Below the pieces are notes generated by a model. It was given only the letters and a program-made list of their open reading frames with translations. It made no database searches and was not told the DNA's origin. This document shows positions 22,426 to 33,380 of a DNA stretch of 64,000 nucleotides, piece after piece; position 1 is the stretch's first letter, and each line of letters starts with the position of its first letter. Both the position numbers and the translations under genes were made by a program. The DNA lies in assembly GCA_030390025.1 (NCBI GenBank), contig CM059432.1, forward strand, positions 117,802,001 through 117,866,000, read 5' to 3'. The DNA comes from Squalus acanthias. Lineage: Eukaryota.

Positions 22426-24052
22426 TGTAGAATTCGCAAAATTATCGCGATTTTATAATAATAAGAAGGAGACATAAAGTTTCGTATAAACGGCTTTATT
22501 TCAGCAGAATGCTGTCAGGTTTCAAAACGGACACAAACAGCCTGTAAAATGGCCGCCACGCCTTGTGGCAGAAAGTTCTAGACTTTCAGTAGGCAGACAA
22601 GATGGCGTTTCAATAAACATTTCAGCGAGATCGGACAGGACTCAGCACATTTGAGATAATGACAAGACGCGATGGGTTTGCATTTTAAACATAAATACTG
22701 GAATCGGTCTTCCAGGTGCAAAAAAGGGCTATTGTACTGGGCGATCAAGGACCCATCCAAAGACATTAATATGCAAAATCCCCACGGCTCTACGATGAGA
22801 GAGCCATTCGCGGGTACGCACAGCAAGCATTTGGAAGCCCCAAAACCCCTCCAGGAAGACTACTAGCCGGTTCCACAATGGGAGAAATATTAACGGGTAC
22901 TCGGACAGTTACAAGTGTCACCGAAACCCATTAAAGACTGAGATCACCCCATACAAGAAGTTTTGAGCGCCAAAACCTGACAAAAGATAGACATTAAGAT
23001 TGGGCGGGAAAATAGGAATTACAGCACTATAACTGTAAAGTACAACCGTCCATCTTTCTCTTGCTGCTTTGACTCGCTGGAAGGCTGCTGAACTCTTATT
23101 CTCTTGCCTGACGACTCTGGACTCTGATCCGCCAGGATCAACCTCGTGGCTTGCCGCGAAGATCTGTGGAGAACTGGGCTGTGAAGGCCTGGAAGCGGGC
23201 GCACCATCCCGAGGAGTCGGTAAACAGTGTTGGAACCGAAGGCCCGAGAGGAGATGAGATGAGATGAGATGAGAAGAGAAGACTACACGTGTCGCCGCGG
23301 TCAGTAAGCCCCGACCGCGCCTAAAAATATAAGGACCATTTTCGAATTCTATCGGCTACTCCACAACTGGCCCGAGAAGACTATTCTTCGAGTTCTACCG
23401 ACAACTGGTGTAGGACACAGGAAGACTCTTTTTTGAGTAGTATCAGAACTCCGAGGTCAACACAGATCTTCATGACAGCAGATGGTCCAGCCTGCTAGCC
23501 AGAGCAGAAGCGAGTAAACAAGTGGGGTACAGAGACCCCTGATCAACACGTGGATAGTCAGGTGCTGCGGTAAAAACATCCGAGCAGAGTTTCGGAATTC
23601 TCCGAGTTATCACGAGTGGTGAGCATGAGTCTCGATCCTACAAATCTAGATTAGGACAGGTATTGATAGGGGAGGGTTTATGTTTTAAGGATAATTATAA
23701 AGTGTGTCCCCTTTTACGATGTGTCGTGCGCTCCTCGTTTCCCTAAACCTAGTTGCATAAATGTATGCAAGTTTGTACTGTCATTAATCTGTGCTTATGA
23801 CATGTATCTCGTAATCTTGAATAATATGCAATAAAGATTTTCCATTTCGCACTATTCAACCGGGTCTACCTGAGTTTTCTCTGCATTATTGCTCTCGCAC
23901 CTAAGTCCAGTGTCAGAACCGTAAGGGCGAGTGGGTCGAACCACTCACAGGTGTCTAGTGTTACCAGGCTGGCTGGAGACCAGAACAGGCAACAAGGCCT
24001 AACCTCGCACTAGCACCCAGGCTAAGCACAGAGCCACACATCACCCCTTACA
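22426..24052 (+). repeat. 3' LTR, complete (1627 bp)
   Basis: TGTAG...CTTACA termini; the start is confirmed by alignment to the ends of the solo LTRs at 49189 and 61965. Confidence 0.95.
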
Positions 24053-24673
24053 GTGTAAGTGTCAAGACGTCTTACTGCAATTATATAGGGCCCTGGTGAG
24101 ACCACACCTGAAGTATTGTGTACAGTTTTGGTCTCCTTACCTAAGGAAGGATACACTTGCCATAGAGAGAGTGCAATGAAGGTTCACCAGACTGGTTCCT
24201 GGGATGGGGGGATTGTCCTATGAGGACAGGTTGAGTAGACTAGGCCTATATTCTCTAGAGTTTAGAAGAATGGGAGGTGATCTCATTGAAACATACAAAA
24301 TTCTTACAGGGCTTGACAGGGTAGATGCAGGGAGGATGTTTCCCCTGGCTGGGGAGTCTAGAACTAGGGGTCACAGTCTCAGAATAAGGGGCCGGCCATT
24401 TAGGACTGCGATGAGTAGACATTTCTTCACTCAGAGGGTGGTGAATCTTTGGAATTCTCTACCGCAGAGGGCTGTGGAGGCTCAGTCGTTGATTATATTC
24501 AAGATAGAGATCAATAGATTTTTGAATATTAAAGGAATCAAGGGATATGGGGATAATTCAGGAAAGTGGAGATGAGGTAGACGATCAGCCATGATCTTAT
24601 TGAATGGCGGAGCAGGCTCGAAGGGCCAAATGGCCTACTCCTGCTCCTAATTCTTATGTTCTTATGTTCTTAT
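24053..24673 (+). mobile_element. CR1 3' fragment (the element the provirus inserted into)
   Basis: DVLLQLYRALVRPHL...KGIKGYG, CR1 3' UTR and a (TTCTTATG)n tail. Confidence 0.9.
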
Positions 24674-25082
24674 ATTGGCCTTGGAGGGAGTGCAGTGTAG
24701 GTTTGCCAGAATGATACCCGGACTTCAAGGATTAAGTTACGAGGAGAGATTACACAAATTAGGGTTGTTTTCCCTAGAATTTAGAAGGTTAAGGGGTGAT
24801 CTGATCGAAGTTTTCAAGATATTAAGGGGAACAGATAAGGTAGATAGAGAGAAACTATTTCCGCTGGTTGGGGATTCTAGGACTAGGGGGCAGAGTCTAA
24901 AAATTAGAGCCAGATCTTTCAGGAGTGAAATTAGGAAACACTTCTACACACAAAGGGTGGTAGAAGTTTGGAACGCTCTTCCACAAATGGCAATTGATGC
25001 TTGCTCAATTGTTAATTTTAAATCGGAGATTGGTAGATTTTTGTTAACCAAAGGTATTAAGGGATATGGGCCAAAGGTGGAT
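24674..25082 (+). mobile_element. CR1 3' fragment of a different subfamily
   Basis: LALEGVQCRF...RRLRGDLIEVFKI...KGIKGYG begins directly after the previous element's tail. Confidence 0.85.
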
Positions 25083-25879
25083 GGTGTCAAGCTTCTTGAG
25101 TGTTGTTACAGCTGCACTCACTGGGGGAAGTGCTGAGTATTCCATCACACTCCTGACTTGATTCTTGTAAATGATGAAGAGGTTTTGAGGGGTTTGGAGC
25201 TGAGCTACTTGTGCAGATTGCTCAGTCTCTATCCCACTCTTGTAGCCAAGGTATTGATGTGGCTGGTCCAGTTCAGGTTCTGGTCAATGATGACTCCCAG
25301 GAAGTTGGTGGGGTGTGGGGTGGGTTGGGGGGAGGGGGGGCGAAAGGACACTCAGTGATGGTGGTCTCATTTAAGGCCAAAGGGATGTGGCTGGGCCTTG
25401 TCATGTGCCATATTCAATGAATATTTGATTGCCAGTGAGGAAACCTGTTTCCTTGAAAGTCTGAAAAATACTTTAGAAGAAGGTCTGATTAAGGGATTGC
25501 AAGGAAATTTGCAGATTTGATGCACATTTGAAGTGTGAAGCTACAGAAGGATTCATACACAATTTCTGATTCATAGACAGCAGTAACAACTTTCATCCGC
25601 TGCATGTTTACTTTGTCCATTTTGTTGAAAATATTACATGCCCAATTCCTCCCTCAGCATGCAGGACAATCACCGTAAGATTTGTGGTGATTTTCTCAAC
25701 TTCTGGCCAAACAAATGCCCACACAACCACAAAGACTCTGGCAAGTTGCCTCCAACAGTGGTTTCTGGGTTATACAGCTGAAATTGTTTTGGACAGGGCG
25801 TATGCTTCAGTTTGAACATTTCATCAACCTGGCATATGCAAAATGAATCCAGATTTGTAAACAGATAAGATCAGTTTGA

Positions 25880-26250
25880 CACAAAAGCAAAATACTGTGG
25901 ATGCTGGAAATCTGAAATAAAAACAGAAAACGCTGGAAATACTCAACAGGTAAGGCAACATCTGTGGAGAGAGAAACAGAGTCAATGTTTCAGGTTGACG
26001 ACCCTTCGTCAGAACTGGAAAAAGCTGGAGATGGAACAGGTTTTTAAGCAAGTGCAGGGACAGGGAAAGGGGGGAGGGGAGGAAAGAACAAAAGGGAAGG
26101 TCTGTGATAGGGTGGAAGGCAGCAGCGATTAGGAGACAAAAGGGATGATGGTGCAAGGCAAAAGGAGATGGTAATGGGACAAGTTAAGAAAAAAAAGATG
26201 ACTCTAGATGAAGTGTAATTAGCAGAATGATCGACAGCTGCCATGTGAGA
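25880..26250 (-). mobile_element. Penelope-like element 3' end fragment
   Basis: Same sequence family as 30562-30790; minus-strand CTGACGAAGGGTC...CCTGAAAC hammerhead-like core near 25980-26015. Confidence 0.65.
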
Positions 26251-26808
26251 AGTTATAAAATAACATATATTTATCAGTCTGTAGTTTGTTTGCAACCTGA
26301 ATATCAAGTGTGTCATTTGAAATATTGAACCTGCACACAGTGACTTGTTTTTATGAATGGTTGTAAAACTTCAGATGTAGGATAAGGCTCAAAAATTATC
26401 ATTTTTGTACTAGTCGAACATTCTGCCTCATTTTATCTATGTAAAGAAGAGAGATTTATTGCTGTCATCAGTTCCCATCACAGATTACCTGTGGGACTGA
26501 CACTGGCAGCAACATTGTAATGGAAAAAATGAGTATCAGCAGGTCATCACAGAGGGGTAAATTTTCATTTTCACTGCATAGCGCTAATCCGGCAGAGTGG
26601 ATCACCTGCCTAGAATATTTGTCACAGTCCACGGTCATGTCATATTTTCAATGAGAGTGTTTTAGCTTTTCCCTCCTACCTATGATGAAGCATGTGGCCT
26701 CCATCAGGCCCTCCCTTAAATTACATGATTGTTGCTGGCAAACCAACATAGTGAAGGACCAAAACGCTTCCTAACATTTCATAGCTCCATACGGTGCTGG
26801 ACCAATAC

Positions 26809-28019
26809 CACACCATCTCAGCTCCACCATAACACACCATCTCAGCTCTGCCATAACACACCATCTCAGCACCACCATAACACACCAGCTCAGCTCCGCC
26901 ATAACACACCATCTCAGCTCCACCATAACACACCATCTCAGCTCCACCATAACACACCATCTCAGCTCCACCATAACACACCATCTCAGCTCCACCATAA
27001 CACACCATCTCAGCTCCACCATAACGCACCATCTCAGCACCGCCATATCACACCATCTCAGCTCCACCATAACACACCATCTCAGCTCCACCATAACACA
27101 CCATCTCAGCTCCACCATAACACACCATCTCAGCTCCGCCATAACACACCATCTCAGCTCCACCATAACACACCATCTCAGCTCCACCATAACACACCAT
27201 CTCAGCTCCACCAAAACACAACATCTCAGCTGCACCATAACACATCATCTCAGCTATGTCAGAACACACCATCTCAGCTCCACCATAACACACCATCTCA
27301 GCTCCACCATATCACACCATCTCAGCTATGTCATAACACACCATCTCAGCTCCACCATAACACATCATCTCAGCTATGTCATAACACACCATCTCAGCTC
27401 CACCATAACACACAATCTCAGCTCCACCATAACACACCATCTCAGCTCCACCATAACACACCATCTCAGCTCCACCATAACACACCATCTCAGCTCCACC
27501 ATAACACACCATCTCAGCTCCACCATAACACACCATCTCAGTTCCACCATAACACACCATCTCAGCTCCACCATAACACACCATCTCAGCTCTGCCATAA
27601 CACACCATCTCAGTTCCACCATAACACACAATCTCAGCTCCACCATAACACACCATCTCAGTTCCACCATAACACACCATCTCAGTTCCACCATAACACA
27701 CCATCTCAGCTCTGCCATAACACACCATCTCAGCTATGTCATAACACACCATCTCAGTTCCACCATAACACACCATCTCAGCTCCACCATAACACACCAT
27801 CTCAGCTCCACCATACCACACCATCTCAGCTCCACCATAACACACCATCTCAGCTCTGCCATAACACACCATCTCAGCTCCACCATAACACACCATCTCA
27901 GCTCCACCATAACACACCATCTCAGCTATGTCATAACACACCATCTCAGTTCCACCATAACACACCATCTCAGCTCCACCATAACACACCATCTCAGCTC
28001 CACCATAACACACCATCTC
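26809..28019. repeat. Minisatellite, 24-bp unit CACACCATCTCAGCTCCACCATAA, about 50 copies
   Basis: Directly visible tandem array with point variants. Confidence 0.97.
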
Positions 28020-29002
28020 CGTTTTCACTCAAACTAATTTTTTTTAAAGCTAGATGATGCCCTTGCCTTTGCAATCATGCATCATCTTTTATTTTTTCAG
28101 AATCGTGTGGCATTTTGTAAATTAAAAGGGTTCAATTGAACAGGATTTTATCAACATGGAAACTTGCTGGTAATTATCTGCAATTAATTGATGAAAGAAT
28201 CAGACATATCTTCGCACCAATGTATTCTTAGTACTGCTCTTACAGCCTGGCCAGGAAATACCACGGAGAGAGTTAAACATGTTGGCTGATGTAAGGATCC
28301 CGATGTGGTTTGTTGGAATTTCCATTTTAGCTGTAGCCAGCAGATCCTCTTTTATTATCTACAGTATCAGTGCTATCTTTGTAATTCAAGGAATATTCTT
28401 GAACATCACAATTAAAGAATAGAATATTCTAATTAACTAAATACTATTGCTAACATTTAGCTGAAGGCAATTATGCAAAATGCTAATTAGCTGAATAGTT
28501 GTCAATTTTGGAAAAAGGGCTGCAGTTGTTCATTAGATTGTTAATTAGATGAATAATTAATGTTTTTGTCAAAACAGTGATTTTGAACGAACATGATTAT
28601 ACATATTATAGGAGCAGTGTTTCCTTTTAATCAGCAGCGTGTTGCACTACCTATAAAGCACATTTAATAGTCCGCTGCAATGAGTTAGTAGCCTGGTGCA
28701 CAAAGTAGCAAATTAACTCAATCCCCTCTCCATGGTTGCAATGCTTCTAAAGTAGATGATTGTATTTGTATAGCTTTAAAATACATGTTTTAATTGGTTA
28801 CTATTGTCTCTGTGTTGAGCTTGCAGTCAGACCCAATACCTTGCAAGAGAGCCTCTGTCATGGGGAGCTCTGCTCCATGCTTCGTGATCAATTGTAGAGT
28901 TTCTATGCCCTACATCAGCACACCGCACCACACATGTAGGTTCTGGGCTCACTCCACGTGCTGCCATGTGACAAAAGCCACCAGGTTCCTTGGTACCACA
29001 TT

Positions 29003-30560
29003 CAGTTGAATGCTGCCTTGATGTCAAGGACAGTCATTCTCACCTCACCTCTGGAATTAACGTTGTGTCCAAATTTGGACCAAGGCTGTTATGTGGTCTG
29101 GGGCTGAGTGGCCCTGACCGAACTCAAACCAAGCATTAGTGAGCAGGCTATTGTTGAGTAAGTGCTGCTTAATAGCACCGCTGATGACTCCTTCCATTAG
29201 TTTGCTGATGATTGGGAATTGGTTGGATTGCTTTGTCCTACTTTTTTGTGGATAGGACATACCTGGGCAATTGTTCACATTGTTGGGTAGATGACAGTGT
29301 TGTAACTATACTGCAACAACTTGGCTAGGGACACTGCTTGTTCTGGAGCAGAGGTGTCAGTACTATAACCAGGATGTTGTCAGGGCCCGTAGCCTTTGCT
29401 GTGTGCAGGGTATTCAGCTGTTTCTTGATATTATGTGGAGTGAATCGAATTGGCTGAAGGCTCTCATCTGTGATGATGGAGACCTCAGGAGGAGGCTGAA
29501 TACCATCTACTGGGTAATTCTGGTGAAGATAGTTGCAAATGCTTCAGCCTTGTAATTTGCACGCACGTGCTGTGCTCTGCCATCATTGAGGATGGGTTTA
29601 TTCATGGTGCCTCCTCCTCCCGTTAGTTGCTTAATTGTCCACCACCATTCATGACTAGATATCCACAGTTGCAGAGATTTGACCTGGTCCATTGGTTGTG
29701 GAATCGCTTAGCTCTGGTTATAGCATGATGCTTTTGCTGTTTAGCATGCATGTAGTCCTGTGTTGTTACATTACTAGACTGGCACTTCATTTTCAGTTAC
29801 ACCTGATCCTGCTCCAGGCTTGCTGTTTTACACATCTCATTGAACCAGGTTTGGTCATCAGGCTTGATGGTAATGGAGGAGTGAGGCGCTATGAGGTATC
29901 AGACTGTGGTGGTATACAATTCTGCTGCTGTTGTTGCCCAATTTTGAGCTGCTAGCTCGGTTCTTAATCTATCCCACTTAGCACGGTGGTAGTAGCACAT
30001 GACATGATGTAATGTGTCCTCTGTGTAAAAACAGGACTTGGTCTCCAGAAGAACTGTCTGGTGGTCACTCTGAATAATTCTGTCATGGACAGATGTATCT
30101 GCTACAGGTAGATTGGTGAGTTCTCCCACATTATATGCTCTTGCCACCCTCAGTTCTTCCTCAAAGTGGTGTTCAACATGATGGAGTACTGATTAATCAC
30201 TTGAGGGAGGTAGGTGGTAATCAGCAGGAAATTTCCTTGCCCATGTTTGACCTGAAACCACAAGACTTTAGGGGGTCCAGGGTCAATATTTAGGACTCCC
30301 AGGGCTACTCCCCCTTATGACCGTATACAACTCTTCCCCCACCTCTGGTGGGTCTCTCCGAGCGGTGGGACAGGACATATCCAGGGATGGTAATGGATGA
30401 GTCTGGGACGTTGGCTGAAAGATATGATTCTGTGAGTATGACTATGTCAGGCTATTGCTTGACTAGTCTAGGGGACAGCTCTCCCAATTTTGGCACCAGT
30501 TCAGAGATGTTACTGAGGAGGATTTTACAGGGTCGACTGGGCTGGGTGTGCCTTTACCAT
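29003..30560 (-). mobile_element. Decayed non-LTR retrotransposon (endonuclease-RT; CR1/RTEX-like, clade uncertain)
   Basis: Minus-strand peptides SDHQTVL, EWWWTIKQLTGGGG and KLMEGVISGAIKQHL...GHSAPDHITALVQ. Likely 3' ends of the same family lie at about 41340-41630 (-) and 56440-56600 (+). Confidence 0.7.
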
Positions 30561-30561
30561 G

Positions 30562-30790
30562 AAAGCAAAATACTGCGGATGCTGGAAATCTGAAATAAAA
30601 ACAGAAAATGCTGGAAATACTCAGCAGGTCAGGCAGCATCTGTGGAGAGAGAAAGAGAGTTAACATTTCAGGTCAATGACCCTTCGTCAGAACTGACGAA
30701 GGGTCATCGACCTGAAACGTTAACTCTCTTTCTCTCTCCACAGATGCTGCCTTACCTGCTGAGTATTTTCAGCATTTTCTGTTTTTATTT
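30562..30790. mobile_element. Penelope-like terminal fragment arranged as a fold-back inverted repeat
   Basis: Arms about 30594-30690 and 30693-30790 are near-perfect reverse complements around a 2-nt AA loop. Confidence 0.8.
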
Positions 30791-31107
30791 GTGCCTTTAT
30801 CATGACCTGATTCGATGCCTAGGTCATAGCTGAGTGGTCCATCCAGTTTTATTCTTATTTCTAGAAGCTTGATTCAACTGAATGGCTTGCTAGGCCAGGA
30901 GGGCATAACAGAAGCTTGGGCATGTCAAGCCTACGATTTTCCGACCATAAATTTTAATGTTTGCAAAATCATGGGAAGCACAGGCTGAAATTTCTGATAA
31001 GTGCTGCTCGTGAAAGATGCTTCTCTTCTCCTAAAATTACGCCTAGGTCCTTCTGCATGTTTTAGCTTAAATTCCGATGCATTCTTATAGTTCTGATATT
31101 GCCGTAT

Positions 31108-31557
31108 CAGCCGTGGCTCAGTGGTTAGCACTCTCACCTCCAAGTCAGAAGGTTGTGGGTTCAAGTCCCACTCCATGAGACTTGAGCACAAAAATCTAAG
31201 CTGACACTTCAGTGGAGTGCTGCACTTTCACAGGTGCCATAGTTCGGGTGAGACGTTAAACCGAGGCCCCATCTGCTCTCTCAGGTGGACGTAAAAGATC
31301 CCAGGCACTATTTCGAAGAAGAGCAGAGGAGTTATCCCTGGTGTCCTGGCCAATATTCATCCCTCAATCAACAGCACCAAAAACAGATTATCACATTGCT
31401 GTATGTGGGAGCTTGCTGTGTGTAAATTGGCAGCCACATTCCCAACATTACAACAGTGACTACACTTCAAAAAGTACTTCACTGGCTGTAAAGCACTTTG
31501 GGACTTCCGGTGGTCATGAAAGGCGCTATATAAATGTAAGTCTTTCTTTTCTTTTTG
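31108..31557 (+). mobile_element. tRNA-derived SINE (DeuSINE/SacSINE1-like)
   Basis: A box TGGCTCAGTGG, B box GGTTCAAGTCC, conserved core, AGGCGCTATATAAATG plus TTTC tail. Confidence 0.88.
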
Positions 31558-33380
31558 ACCGTTAGCAATGATTTTTGATTGTATTCCCAGATCTACATGC
31601 ACTCAACGTAGTTGGAATTTACAACACGGTTTTGTTAATTAGCCTTTCATAGTCATCGTTCATATTGGAACAAACATCAGCAGTCTCTTGAAACTGTAGT
31701 ATCTCAAATGATCAGACATGACTGCTTTAATTACTCTGTGCCCTTCACACTGAGACATGGTACATCACTGGCTCCCTGACTCATGAGATTGAATTTGCCA
31801 AGTCAGAAAAATTAGGTAATTGCCAAAAACAGACAAGATCCTAGTGAAGTTAATCAAAAATTAAATATTGCTTATGGGTGGTTTATCACTGCAATCTGAA
31901 ATGGTGACATAGCTATTCCACTTGCCTTTGTTTCACTATGTCTTGGTATTAGTGACCTGAGGCTATTGCTAACAGATTAAATAATATGTTTAATATAATC
32001 CATTCTCCAACGTAGAATTACTTCCTCAGTAAGATTAATCAAGACTATTTTTTTTACAAATCTGCAATAATGACTTTCAGTTGAGCATTTTACTACATTT
32101 GTCTCTGCCTCCTTATTATTTCACATCAAATATGGGGATTGTAATTCCCTCCACCCAGTAGAAACTGTAGATGCACCACTCAGGAGAAGATGTCAGACCA
32201 GAAGTGCAGGCCCTCCAAAGGTAAGTAAAATAACTTAATTTTGTGGAGTGTTCCTCAAAAATTGTTTGGGCTACTGCTGCCCTGGGCTTCCCTCACCTCC
32301 CCCACCCCCTCCCCCGCGCCCTGAAACACTCCTGACACCGCCACCCCCCTGCCACAACTTACCTTGCTTCCAGCTGGGTGGCCCCTGGGCTCTTCAATAT
32401 TGCACCAGCCCGAACCCAGGAAGCTGATTCTGGACACCCGATTGGGGTGGGCCTCTTGCCGGCTCTATTTAAATGAGGCCCGGCCATTAAAATGGGCATC
32501 ATGCTGCAACGCCGGGCCTGTCTGCTCGAGCACTCTGCCGGCCGACAGCATAACGGAGTTATTGTGCAATATACAGGGGGTGAACCTCCGTGGGAGCTTC
32601 CCCCTCTCGTAATCTCAGTGGAGGAGCCGTGGAAGCTATGGGGGCGTTGCTTTTCCTGGGTTTCTGCAGCTTTCCCTCTGAAGTTATGGTGGAGGAGCGG
32701 GAGAATCCCCATGTAAATCTAACCCCATCATATTTGGTCAGATTTTACCTGGGATTACTCCAAGTCCACAACGCACCCTCTACCTCAAAATACTATGCAT
32801 GTTCCAATCTGGGGGGAGGGGAGAGCATTGTTCTAACCACGGCACATAGCAAAATAATACAGATGTTCTTGTTGAATGCGTTTATGACATTGCTCCACAG
32901 TGGCCGGAGCAATTCTTCCTCCCGCGATTTTTGTATTCCTTTGAAGAAAAGTATGTCCACAGTCCTCAATGAGTTTAACCTGATGTAAGGCCCCATGAAT
33001 TAACCTTCCTTCAGCCAAATCTGCTGATCACACGTAACCTCGCCCCAGAACATTTATCCAATCTGTGAGATAGAACAAACAGGCAATGAAACAGTCTGAT
33101 GCGCTCTGGTTACCTTCAGTGCCCTCACAATCACTGTCACCACACTTCAAACTCTTCAGGCGCGTTTCATTAAACCCTTCAAATTTGATTGCCTCAGGGT
33201 CTCCCTGTAATGTACACCATGTCCTCAGCAAGTCAGTCACTGCATGTGACTGCTGCCGACATGCTTGTGTAAGTGCTCCTTCCTCCTCCCTGTACACTTG
33301 TTTACTCTCTCATAAAATTTGAATCTTAACAATCCAGCTGGTTGCTGGCTCTGTGGCAATGCTTTACACAACAATACATG

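Larger units (their letters stand above)
11853..24052 (+). mobile_element. Endogenous retrovirus-like provirus (lokiretrovirus-like): LTR-PBS-gag-pol-env-PPT-LTR
   Basis: Two near-identical LTRs, PBS, PPT and three major genes in retroviral order with PR-RT-RH-RH-IN and an env with signal peptide, furin site and TM helix. The provirus itself is secure; the loki assignment is inferred. Confidence 0.95.

Noticed and set aside
11853..24052. Classification as a foamy virus or an ordinary Ty3/gypsy element
   Set aside because: The RT motifs and LTR length are foamy-like, but the CCHC gag, tRNA-Arg PBS, in-frame gag-pol and absence of accessory ORFs before the 3' LTR disagree. The second RNase H and F-like env disagree with plain gypsy. 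A phylogeny is still needed.
26721..28057. 442-aa His-rich ORF and antisense (MVCYGGAE)n and (MVELRWCV)n ORFs as genes, or the array as CRISPR
   Set aside because: They arise from a stop-free 24-bp tandem unit; there are no unique spacers and the context is eukaryotic.
28246..28290. 45-nt AG/GT-bounded candidate exon (PGQEIPRRELNMLAD); a similar one at about 46298-46341
   Set aside because: Too short to distinguish from chance and no homology recognised.
31108..31185. tRNA-like sequences here and at about 46377-46440 as tRNA genes
   Set aside because: They are SINE heads that continue into SINE cores and LINE-derived tails.
32749..33205. Possible minus-strand exons, including EDCGHTFLQRNTKIAGG resembling a serine-protease activation site
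   Set aside because: No following PWQ or catalytic motifs, splice phases do not join, and no protein was recognisable.
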